This document shows positions 16,713 through 24,678 of a stretch of 24,678 nt of DNA, in pieces (the stretch's first letter is position 1; the number at the start of each line of letters is the position of its first letter). Both the position numbers and the translations under genes were made by a program. The notes under the pieces were generated by a model. It was not told the DNA's origin. It made no database searches and was given only the letters and a program-made list of their open reading frames with translations. The stretch spans positions 1 to 24,678 of IMG/VR virus record IMGVR_UViG_3300025543_000203; one strand, 5' to 3'. Source of the DNA: a virus (Duplodnaviria; Caudoviricetes).

Positions 16713-18223
16713 TGGAAAAAATAATAGTCAAAAAGAAAAATGAAGTCTTCCTCCATATTGTGACTGAACCGGGGATAGAGATGGAATTGTCTGAGCACTT
16801 CTGCTTCTTTGTAGAAGGGTATAAGTTCATGCCAGCATACAAAAATCGTATGTGGGATGGCAAAATACGTCTATATGATGCCCGTAAGAAGACTATATAT
16901 GGTGGTTTATTTGAATATATCAAAGAATTTGCCCAAGTTAGGGGATATGAGCTCATCGTAGAGGACAATTCCATGTATGGAAGGCCCGATACTAAAGAGA
17001 TGCATGACATAGAAACCTTTCTGAACAGTCTGTCACTCTCTGTGAATGGAGTAGGTATAACACCCCGGTCGTACCAGCTCGATGCACTGTCGAGGGCGCT
17101 ACAGCATAGAAAGGCGTTACTATTAAGCCCTACGGCTTCCGGAAAGAGTCTGATCATATATCTCGCCATTAGATACCATTTAGAAATGAATCAAGGAAAC
17201 GTACTGCTGATCGTCCCTACGACCTCGTTAGTTGAACAAATGTATTCAGATTTTGCTGATTATTCTCGGACAGATGATTGGAGTGTTGAAGAAAATTGTC
17301 ATAAAATCTATTCTGGTAAAGAAAAATATAACATAAAGCAACAGGTTGTTATTACAACGTGGCAGTCAATATATAAAGAAACATCTAACTGGTTTCAAAA
17401 TTATGGTATGATTGTTGGAGATGAAGCTCATAACTTTAAAGCTAAATCATTAACTTCTATATTAGAAAAATGTGTTAATGCTAAATACAGACTTGGCACA
17501 ACCGGTACATTAGATGGATCTCAAACACATCAGTTGGTTTTAGAAGGTTTGTTTGGACCGGTCTATAAGGTAACCACAACTAAAAAGTTAATGGAAGAGG
17601 GTTCGCTTGCTCAGTTAGATATCAAAATCTTATTGCTAAAATACAGCGATGAATACTGTAAGCTTGTATCAAAAATGAAGTACCAAGATGAGCTTGACTT
17701 TATCGTAAAGTATAATCCTAGGAATAATTTCATAACTAATTTAGCTATGGACCAAGAAGGTAATACTTTAATACTGTTTCAATATGTCGATAAGCATGGT
17801 AAGCCATTACACGATATGTTAAAGAGTAAGTTTGATGCGTTACCAAGAAATACTAGGAGGCTATTTTATGTATCTGGCGAAACAGATGTCGATGCTCGGG
17901 AAGAGATTAGGGCAATCACTGAAACTCAGGATAACGCAATTATTGTTGCTAGTATGGGTACATTTTCTACTGGTATCAATATTAAGCGTCTACATAACGT
18001 TATCTTTGCTGCACCAAGCAAATCTCAAATTAGAGTATTACAGTCGATCGGGCGAGGATTAAGGAAGTCTGCAGATGGTATAGATACTACTAAGGTATTT
18101 GATATTGCTGACGATTTGCATTGGAAGACTAAAAAGAACTATACATTATTACACGCAGCTGAGAGGATCAAAATTTATAGTAAAGAGAAATTCGACTATA
18201 AAATATACGATATAAATATATAA
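16712..18223 (+). CDS. uvsW: SF2 DNA/RNA helicase UvsW
   Basis: WDGKIRL, PRSYQ (Q motif), SPTASGKS, DEAH, TTGT and LQSIGRGLR motifs. Confidence 0.96.
   Translation: MEKIIVKKKNEVFLHIVTEPGIEMELSEHFCFFVEGYKFMPAYKNRMWDGKIRLYDARKKTIYGGLFEYIKEFAQVRGYELIVEDNSMYGRPDTKEMHDIETFLNSLSLSVNGVGITPRSYQLDALSRALQHRKALLLSPTASGKSLIIYLAIRYHLEMNQGNVLLIVPTTSLVEQMYSDFADYSRTDDWSVEENCHKIYSGKEKYNIKQQVVITTWQSIYKETSNWFQNYGMIVGDEAHNFKAKSLTSILEKCVNAKYRLGTTGTLDGSQTHQLVLEGLFGPVYKVTTTKKLMEEGSLAQLDIKILLLKYSDEYCKLVSKMKYQDELDFIVKYNPRNNFITNLAMDQEGNTLILFQYVDKHGKPLHDMLKSKFDALPRNTRRLFYVSGETDVDAREEIRAITETQDNAIIVASMGTFSTGINIKRLHNVIFAAPSKSQIRVLQSIGRGLRKSADGIDTTKVFDIADDLHWKTKKNYTLLHAAERIKIYSKEKFDYKIYDINI
18211..18218 (+). promoter_or_regulatory. 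Late promoter inside the uvsW 3' end, 5 nt before the next ATG
   Basis: TATAAATA-TATAA-ATG(18224). Confidence 0.65.
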
Positions 18224-18616
18224 ATGGAATCTATTAAAGATATTGATATAAGACACTTTAAACTAACAAGCGGCGAAGAGCTTATTTGTTATGTTCAAAG
18301 TTCAAGCGAACACGCATTTATTGTTGAACGACCTGCGGTCGTACGATGTGCTTCTGATGGTACATGGACTTTTAGTGATTGGTTTCCTTTCTCTGACAAG
18401 AAGATGTTTAAGATCATGAAAAGGTTTGTGATTAATCATACTGAAGTTGTAGATGAGACTAAAGAATCATTCATTAAGTATTCATGTCAGGATATTATGG
18501 CTGCTGAGATTAATGATGGATATGATCAATATGATTATGATAATACAATGGTTGATACTGGTGATGATGAGTGGAACGAAGAAGAACCATCAATAGATGA
18601 GATAACCATACATTAA
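18224..18616 (+). CDS. Conserved hypothetical protein of marine T4-like phages (uvsW-gp55 slot), possibly Sm-like beta-barrel with acidic tail
   Basis: FKLTSGEELI...P...W-x-PFSD pattern and position. The fold is an inference. Confidence 0.7.
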   Translation: MESIKDIDIRHFKLTSGEELICYVQSSSEHAFIVERPAVVRCASDGTWTFSDWFPFSDKKMFKIMKRFVINHTEVVDETKESFIKYSCQDIMAAEINDGYDQYDYDNTMVDTGDDEWNEEEPSIDEITIH

Positions 18617-18652
18617 TTGTTGTATACCCCTTACCTCCCCGGTGACATCTAT

Positions 18653-18682
18653 ATTATATCATACTTTGGGCGTAATGTAAAC
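18653..18682 (-). promoter_or_regulatory. Leftward early-type (sigma70-like) promoter
   Basis: The minus strand reads G-TTTACA-ttacgcccaaagtaTGa-TATAAT, with a 17-nt spacer and an extended -10. Confidence 0.75.
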
Positions 18683-18725
18683 GTTTAATTCACCTAATTG
18701 TGAAAATAAATAAAATAAAATAATT

Positions 18726-18755
18726 GTTTACATTTGACCCAAACTATGATATAAT
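18726..18755 (+). promoter_or_regulatory. Early-type promoter for gp55-47-46
   Basis: G-TTTACA (18727-18732), 17-nt spacer with TG, TATAAT (18750-18755); A-rich UP-like tract at 18703-18720; matches the T4 early GTTTAC consensus. Confidence 0.85.
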
Positions 18756-18777
18756 ATTACATTATTAGGAGATATAA

Positions 18778-19353
18778 ATGACCACTAAAATTAAACCAAA
18801 AGCTAAGCCACACTATGTCAATAACAAGGAATTCTCACTAGCAGTAGTTGAGTACGTTAAGACCGTAATAGAAGCTAAATCTAATGACACTCAAATCCCT
18901 AAGGTTCCAGATTACGTTGCTACATGTTTCATGAAAATATCTGAAGGACTGTCTCACAGACCGAACTTTGTTCGGTACACTTATAGAGAAGAGATGGTAA
19001 TGGATGGTGTTGAAAACTGTCTAAGAGCTATTAATAACTATAAGATTGAAACTGCTACTAGAACTGGTAATCCAAACGCATTCTCTTACTTTACTCAAAT
19101 TTGTTTCTTTGCTTTTATTAGGCGTATTACTAAAGAAAAGAAGCAACAAGAAATCAAATTTAGATACATCGAAAAGATGGGTATTGAAGATTTTGCTGCT
19201 ATGGGTATGGATGATAATGGTGCAGCTCAAACATTAGAATATGTAGATACCTTAAGGCAAAGAATCGATCAGATTAGAACTAAAGACACTAAGATTAAAG
19301 AGTTCGCAAAGATCGAAAAAGATAAAGAAAAACTAGAATTGTTTATGGTGTAA
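18778..19353 (+). CDS. gp55: Late transcription sigma factor gp55
   Basis: HYVNNKEF, KISEGLSHRPNFVRYTYREEMVMDGVENCL and NAFSYFTQICFFAFIRRI-x-KEKKQ motifs; hydrophobic C-terminal tail LELFMV. Confidence 0.96.
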   Translation: MTTKIKPKAKPHYVNNKEFSLAVVEYVKTVIEAKSNDTQIPKVPDYVATCFMKISEGLSHRPNFVRYTYREEMVMDGVENCLRAINNYKIETATRTGNPNAFSYFTQICFFAFIRRITKEKKQQEIKFRYIEKMGIEDFAAMGMDDNGAAQTLEYVDTLRQRIDQIRTKDTKIKEFAKIEKDKEKLELFMV

Positions 19354-19355
19354 TT

Positions 19356-20417
19356 ATGAAAGTTGCTATATTAAATGATACACATTGTGGCGTAAGAAAT
19401 TCATCCGATATTTTTTTAAACTATCAGGAAAGATTTTATGGAGAAATATTTTTTCCATACCTAAAAGAGCATGGTATTACAAATATTTTACACTTAGGAG
19501 ATTATTACGAGCATCGTAAGTTTGTTAACTTTAAAGCTCTTAATGCTAATCGTAAACACTTCTTAGAACCAATGCGCGAAATGGGTATTACTATGGACAT
19601 TATTCCTGGTAACCACGACGTATATTTCAAAAATACTAATGAACTATGTTCACTTAAAGAACTACTTGGTTACTTTACATCCAACGTTAATATTATAATG
19701 AAACCTACAGTATTAGATTATGATGGTTTGAAGGTTGGTGTATTGCCTTGGATTAATAGCGCAAACTATGAAGAATATACTAAATGGGCTATGACTTGTA
19801 ATGCTTCTATTCTTGGTGCTCATCTTGAGTTAAAGGGTTTTGAACTCATGGCTGGTATAACTAATCCTCATGGTATGAACGCTGATATCTTTTCTAGATT
19901 TGAAAGCGTATTAACCGGTCATTTTCATACTAAATCAAGTCAGGGAAACGTTCATTATCTGGGTAACCAAATGGAATTTACTTGGTCTGATTGTGATGAC
20001 CCTAAGTACTTCCACATCTTAGATACTGAAACTCGTGAAGTAACTCCAGTACGTAATCCTATTACTATGTTTAAAAAGATAGTATATGATGATGCTAAGA
20101 CTGACTATAATACTATTGACGTTTCAGAGTTTGAACATAAATTTATTAAGCTTATTGTTGTAAATAAAACTGATCTCTACATGTTTGATAGATTCGTTGA
20201 TAAGTTACAAAGCATCGAAACATATGAACTTAAAATCGCTGAAACGTTTGAAGAATACCTAGGCGACAATGTTGAAGATAATAAAGTATCGCTTGAAGAT
20301 ACTGGAGTCTTATTAGACACATATGTTGATGCTGTTGAAACTGATTTAGACAAAGACCACATCAAAGTTGAATTAAGAAAACTATATACTGAAGCACAAA
20401 ACTTGGAGGTGGTGTAA
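19356..20417 (+). CDS. gp47: Recombination endonuclease subunit gp47 (Mre11/SbcD-like)
   Basis: Metallophosphoesterase motifs DTHCG, HLGD, GNHD, GAHLE and GHFH. Confidence 0.96.
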   Translation: MKVAILNDTHCGVRNSSDIFLNYQERFYGEIFFPYLKEHGITNILHLGDYYEHRKFVNFKALNANRKHFLEPMREMGITMDIIPGNHDVYFKNTNELCSLKELLGYFTSNVNIIMKPTVLDYDGLKVGVLPWINSANYEEYTKWAMTCNASILGAHLELKGFELMAGITNPHGMNADIFSRFESVLTGHFHTKSSQGNVHYLGNQMEFTWSDCDDPKYFHILDTETREVTPVRNPITMFKKIVYDDAKTDYNTIDVSEFEHKFIKLIVVNKTDLYMFDRFVDKLQSIETYELKIAETFEEYLGDNVEDNKVSLEDTGVLLDTYVDAVETDLDKDHIKVELRKLYTEAQNLEVV

Positions 20418-20704
20418 TGTATCAACAGTCTTTAGACTTGCAATTCCCGCTTACGCAACAATTAAACCTTGACCTAAATGTTTCTGAAGAAATAATGACC
20501 TACCTCGGGTCCCCTTATACTGTTAACAGTGAATTGATAATGACTGATGGTTTCAATGGAACTGTTAATTCATATTTTACTGTTGATAATACAAACGGCT
20601 TGGAGCAGGTAAGGATAGACGATTCAGGACTAAGTATTAACGTAGAAAACAAGTCTTGGTTAAAAGCTAAAGTTGCTAATTGGTTAGGATTAAAATATCT
20701 ATGA
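20417..20704 (+). CDS. Hypothetical protein (95 aa) between gp47 and gp46
   Basis: TAATG overlap with gp47, ATGA overlap with gp46 and a GGAGG RBS indicate a real, translationally coupled gene. Confidence 0.75.
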   Translation: MYQQSLDLQFPLTQQLNLDLNVSEEIMTYLGSPYTVNSELIMTDGFNGTVNSYFTVDNTNGLEQVRIDDSGLSINVENKSWLKAKVANWLGLKYL

Positions 20705-22416
20705 TACATTTTAAGTCGGTCTCATGGAAGAACTTTCTTTCAACGGGCAATGATACAATTAAAGTACAATTAGATAGAACACCATCAACTCTTGTAGTAG
20801 GTTCGAATGGTGCTGGTAAATCTACAATGCTGGATGCTCTTTCCTTTGGTCTATTTGGTAAACCTCATAGAGATATTAAAAAAGATCAATTAGTTAATAG
20901 TATCAATAAGAAGGGTACCATTGTAGAAGTCGAGTTTAATGTTGGTAATTCAGAGTTTAGAATTCATAGAACTATTAAGCCTGGTAAGTTTGAAATCTAT
21001 CAAAACGGCAATATGATCAATCAGTCTTCAAATGCTCGTGATTATCAGAAATTCTTAGAACAAAATATACTTAAGTTGAATCATAAATCGTTTCATCAGG
21101 TTGTTGTGTTGGGTAGTAGTTCGTTTATTCCTTTTATGCAATTACAAGTTGGTCAACGTAGAGAAGTTATTGAAGATCTATTAGATATTAATATTTTTAG
21201 TAAAATGAATTCGTTATTGAAAGAGCGTAATTCTAAAATCAAAGAAGAACTATCTGAAATAAATCATTCATTAGATTTATATAAAACTAAAATTGATACT
21301 CAGAACAAATATATCAGAGACCTTCAGTCTATTAATAAAGATATGATTAAGTCTAAGGAAGATTCTGTATCGTTATATGAGGTCGAGGTTAAAGGTTTAG
21401 TAAGCCAATCTACTGAACTTGGAAAAAATCTTGACGCTTTAACAGAAATAGAAAACTCTAAGCATGAAGATCTTAATAGAAAAATATCTGATATTAAATC
21501 TGAAGACCGAGTATACAAATCTAAAATAAAAGATCTTGTAAGTAACGCTAAGTTTTTTGAAGATCATAAACATTGTCCTACGTGCGATCAAAATATTGAT
21601 AATTCTATTAAAGAGAATAAATTGCTTGATATCAGAAGTTCTGCTGCTAGTATTCAAAAGGGCATGAAAGAATTAGAAGCTGATAATATTACTACATCAG
21701 CTCATTTAGTTGATTGTCAGAATAACATGAAACACCTTTTAGCTAAGCAACGACATATTAATAGTAATAATGATAAGATTAATTTGATCCAAAAGCAAAT
21801 TGAAAAGATTCAGAAAGAAATTAGTACATTGTTACAATCATCAGGTGATATTAAAACTGCTAAGAATGAACTTGATGATTTAAGAGACTCTAAGGATACT
21901 GTTACCGAAAAGAAACTTGCTTATGTTGAAGAACGTACATATAACGAAGTAATCGGCGAAATGCTTAAAGACACTGGTATTAAGACTAAAGTTATTAAAC
22001 AGTATTTGCCAGTAATGAATAGACTTATTAATCAGTATCTTCAAGTCTTAGATTTCTTTGTTGCGTTCCATCTTGATGAAAGCTTTACTGAAACTATTAG
22101 ATCGCGTCATAGAGATGCATTTAACTATACATCTTTTAGTGAAGGCGAGAAACAACGTATCGATTTGGCTTTGCTCTTTACTTGGAGACAAATTGCTAAG
22201 ATGAAGAACTCTGCGGCAACTAATCTTTTAGTATTGGACGAAACCTTTGATTCTTCTTTAGACCACGATGGTATAGATAATTTGACTAAGATTCTAAATA
22301 CACTCGAAGATGGCACTAATGTCTTTATTATCTCACATAAGGGCGACATACTAGAGAATAAGTTTAGATCTAAGATTGAGTTTATCAAAGAAAGAAACTT
22401 TTCCAAGATTAAATAG
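20701..22416 (+). CDS. gp46: Recombination endonuclease ATPase subunit gp46 (Rad50/SbcC-like)
   Basis: Likely start MIHFKSVSWKNFLSTGN at 20701. Walker A GSNGAGKST, coiled coil with CPTC zinc hook, FSEGEK signature, LLVLDE Walker B and ISH motif. Confidence 0.96.
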   Translation: MIHFKSVSWKNFLSTGNDTIKVQLDRTPSTLVVGSNGAGKSTMLDALSFGLFGKPHRDIKKDQLVNSINKKGTIVEVEFNVGNSEFRIHRTIKPGKFEIYQNGNMINQSSNARDYQKFLEQNILKLNHKSFHQVVVLGSSSFIPFMQLQVGQRREVIEDLLDINIFSKMNSLLKERNSKIKEELSEINHSLDLYKTKIDTQNKYIRDLQSINKDMIKSKEDSVSLYEVEVKGLVSQSTELGKNLDALTEIENSKHEDLNRKISDIKSEDRVYKSKIKDLVSNAKFFEDHKHCPTCDQNIDNSIKENKLLDIRSSAASIQKGMKELEADNITTSAHLVDCQNNMKHLLAKQRHINSNNDKINLIQKQIEKIQKEISTLLQSSGDIKTAKNELDDLRDSKDTVTEKKLAYVEERTYNEVIGEMLKDTGIKTKVIKQYLPVMNRLINQYLQVLDFFVAFHLDESFTETIRSRHRDAFNYTSFSEGEKQRIDLALLFTWRQIAKMKNSAATNLLVLDETFDSSLDHDGIDNLTKILNTLEDGTNVFIISHKGDILENKFRSKIEFIKERNFSKIK

Positions 22417-22460
22417 TTATAAGCATATAACAAAATGATCTAAAAAGATGTGAATCATTT

Positions 22461-22490
22461 GTATACAAGGCCCCTAAACTATGATATAAT
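22461..22490 (+). promoter_or_regulatory. Early-type promoter for the peptidase/VWA gene
   Basis: G-TATACA-aggcccctaaactaTGa-TATAAT with a 17-nt spacer; shares AAACTATGATATAATAT with the gp55 promoter. Confidence 0.78.
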
Positions 22491-22518
22491 ATACATATTA
22501 TACGGAAAGGGGCAATAT

Positions 22519-24633
22519 ATGTATCATAATTCTAGCTTACCAAAACTCTTAGCGAAAGAGAATATCTCTATCAGACATGGCAATTATAAGACTCCATGGT
22601 TTGATATCAAGAATCGAGTGCTTGGTCTTCCTTTGTGGAAAGATATGGGTAAAGACGTATATGATCTATTTGTAGGTCATGAAGTTGGTCACGCATTAGA
22701 AACTCCATACGAAGGCTGGCATGATAGTCCTGAGAAATTAGTTGGATGTCCTAGGTCATACATCAATGTCGTAGAAGATGCTAGGATTGAACGAAAAGTC
22801 AAATCACGTTATCCTGGTTTAGTTGGTCCATTTTCTAGAGCATATGCTAAATTATTTGATGATAACTTCTTTGGTACTAATGATATTGATATGTCATCAC
22901 TAAGAATTATTGATAAGATTAATCTTCAAGCTAAAGTTGGAGCTCACATAGAGCTTGAGTTTAATGATGAAGAACAAGTCTTTATGGATAGAGCAAATAC
23001 AACTGAAGATTTTCAAGAAGTTCTTGATCTTGTTAAAGATATCGTAGCTTATGACAAATCATTAGAAGAAGACGAAGAAGATAAAAACGACGATCAAAAT
23101 AAAGAACCTAATAATGATTCTGGTGAAAATGAATCAGAAGGTTATGATGGTAGTTATGAAGAAAATGAAGAAGAGACTGATGATCCAGGTTCTTCAGAAG
23201 AAGAAAGCGAAGAAGGCGAAGAAGAAGTTGAAGAAGATTCAGACGAAGGCCAAACTCCGGCAAAAGGTAGTGAAGGAGACGTTTCTGTTACTGATGAAGC
23301 TTTTAGAAATAATGAGAGTTCTTTTTTAGACATTGATGAAGATGGTAGACAAATTCTTGCAGTTGAAGATATTTCAAAAGAAATTAAAAAGGATATTGTT
23401 ATACCTTATGCTGAACTCAAGGCTCAAAGACAACTACGAAAAACCACTATCCCTTATCACGTAAACGTACAAGTTAATCATCTTGAACTACAGTTTCCTA
23501 AGTATATGAAAGAGGTTAAAAGAAGCGTTGGTATTGCTGTAAAAGAGTTTGAAATGAGAAAGGCCGCTACTCAGTGGGCAAAAGCTACTACAGCAAAAAC
23601 TGGCGTTATCGATGTCAACAAGCTATATTCATACAAAACTAATGAGGACATCTTTAAACAAACAACTAGACTGCACGATGCTAAAAGTCATGGTATGATT
23701 ATGTTGATTGATTACTCTGGTTCTATGTATGACTCATTACCTAAAGTTTTAGAGCAGTTGATACACTTAGTTCTCTTTTGTAAGCAAGTCAATATTCCGT
23801 TTGACGTTTATGCATTTACTACAACAAATCAAAAATTAAACTACTACGATCTTCGTAACAGAGGTTTATTATTTGATGGTGATATTGATCTTGATGATTT
23901 GGCAATGCCATTGTTAACATCGTCAAAGCTTAAAAAGGCTGATTTCGATGAATCAATCAGAGCTTTATATATAAGAGCAAAGGGATCGTCTTACATATCT
24001 CGCGAAGTTGCGGCTCCATGCGAAGACTTTGGTTCTACTCCGCTCAATCAGGCATTAGTAATGACTCACTCTTTAATCAAAGAGTTCAAAGCTAAAAATG
24101 GAGTTGAAAAAATGAATTTGGTTGTATTATCTGATGGCGATGCTAATCGATTACAAGCATATAGAGATGGCGAACTTGGTGAGAATAGAGTTGAAACTCG
24201 AGGAATGTTTAAAGGCATTAACATGAGAATCGATGGTAGAATGGTTAAAGCTGAAAATACTGATAACGTTACTCAAGCTTTGCTCGAAAACATAAACAAG
24301 CGATACAACACTAGTACTATTGGTTTCTTTATGGCCGATGATAATAGAATGTTTAATCACAAAATAGGTCAAATTAATGGTTGGGCTGATAGCCACAGAA
24401 GCGAAGCTAATAAAGAATACAGAAAAAACAAATGTGTTGTTCGCAAATCAGCCTTAGGATACGATGAGTTCTACTTAATCAAGGGTGGCGACAAACTATC
24501 AACAGAAAATGATGATTTTGGCGTAACTTCTGATCAAACTAAAAATCAAATTGCAAATGCGTTTAAAAAGTACTCAAAGAGTAAGAAGCAGAACAAAGTA
24601 TTGATGACAACCTTTGGAAGGATCGTAGCATAG
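22519..24633 (+). CDS. HEXXH metallopeptidase-like N-domain + acidic linker + VWA (MIDAS) domain protein, CobT-like partner of MoxR/CobS AAA+ ATPases
   Basis: HEVGHA and NVVEDARIE; E/D-rich linker; LIDYSGSM, GSTPL and LSDGD MIDAS motifs. The start is placed at ATG 22519 because it follows the promoter and a GGAAAGGGG RBS. Confidence 0.85.
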   Translation: MYHNSSLPKLLAKENISIRHGNYKTPWFDIKNRVLGLPLWKDMGKDVYDLFVGHEVGHALETPYEGWHDSPEKLVGCPRSYINVVEDARIERKVKSRYPGLVGPFSRAYAKLFDDNFFGTNDIDMSSLRIIDKINLQAKVGAHIELEFNDEEQVFMDRANTTEDFQEVLDLVKDIVAYDKSLEEDEEDKNDDQNKEPNNDSGENESEGYDGSYEENEEETDDPGSSEEESEEGEEEVEEDSDEGQTPAKGSEGDVSVTDEAFRNNESSFLDIDEDGRQILAVEDISKEIKKDIVIPYAELKAQRQLRKTTIPYHVNVQVNHLELQFPKYMKEVKRSVGIAVKEFEMRKAATQWAKATTAKTGVIDVNKLYSYKTNEDIFKQTTRLHDAKSHGMIMLIDYSGSMYDSLPKVLEQLIHLVLFCKQVNIPFDVYAFTTTNQKLNYYDLRNRGLLFDGDIDLDDLAMPLLTSSKLKKADFDESIRALYIRAKGSSYISREVAAPCEDFGSTPLNQALVMTHSLIKEFKAKNGVEKMNLVVLSDGDANRLQAYRDGELGENRVETRGMFKGINMRIDGRMVKAENTDNVTQALLENINKRYNTSTIGFFMADDNRMFNHKIGQINGWADSHRSEANKEYRKNKCVVRKSALGYDEFYLIKGGDKLSTENDDFGVTSDQTKNQIANAFKKYSKSKKQNKVLMTTFGRIVA

Positions 24634-24678
24634 TGAATCTCTGTGAATTGGTTAAGGTTACCCTATTGATACTTAAAT

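Noticed and set aside
16699-17169. 156-aa minus-strand ORF overlapping the GC-rich part of uvsW
   Set aside because: It is in the same relative frame as shadow ORFs such as 8924-9334 and has no RBS or motif. Only ribosome profiling could rescue it.
20680-20700. Upstream start for gp46 in the ORF track
   Set aside because: ATG 20701 gives the canonical N-terminus and an ATGA overlap with the preceding gene.
22450-22518. N-terminal extension of the peptidase/VWA ORF
   Set aside because: It overlaps the promoter itself, and the RBS precedes ATG 22519.

Overview
This window is the core of a T4-like myovirus genome (Tevenvirinae/Kyanoviridae-style gene order), AT-rich, with all credible genes on the + strand. 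In order it holds: the 3' part of a long modular tail fibre with an S74 chaperone; a small unknown gene; gp13-14-15 (neck and tail terminator); gp16-17 (terminase); gp18-19 (sheath and tube); gp20 portal; a 55-aa gp67-like gene missed by the ORF track; gp21-22-23; an entericidin-like lipoprotein; gp3; uvsY; uvsW; a conserved hypothetical; gp55 late sigma; gp47; an unknown gene; gp46; and an HEXXH-peptidase/VWA (CobT-like) protein. Nine TATAAATA late promoters and three copies of one early-type promoter are readable. Most of this is well-known T4-like core. The features worth a second look are: (1) a late-expressed lipoprotein cassette after gp23 surrounded by GGA motifs and a CsrA/RsmA-type hairpin; (2) a back-to-back pair of near-identical early promoters, one firing antisense with a G-rich 5' end and no gene to drive; (3) two apparently leaderless late genes (TATAAATA-N5-ATG); (4) a small protein between gp47 and gp46 with tandem clamp-binding-like motifs; (5) the repeat-punctuated mosaic tail fibre. 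All family calls rest on recalled motifs and synteny, not on database searches.
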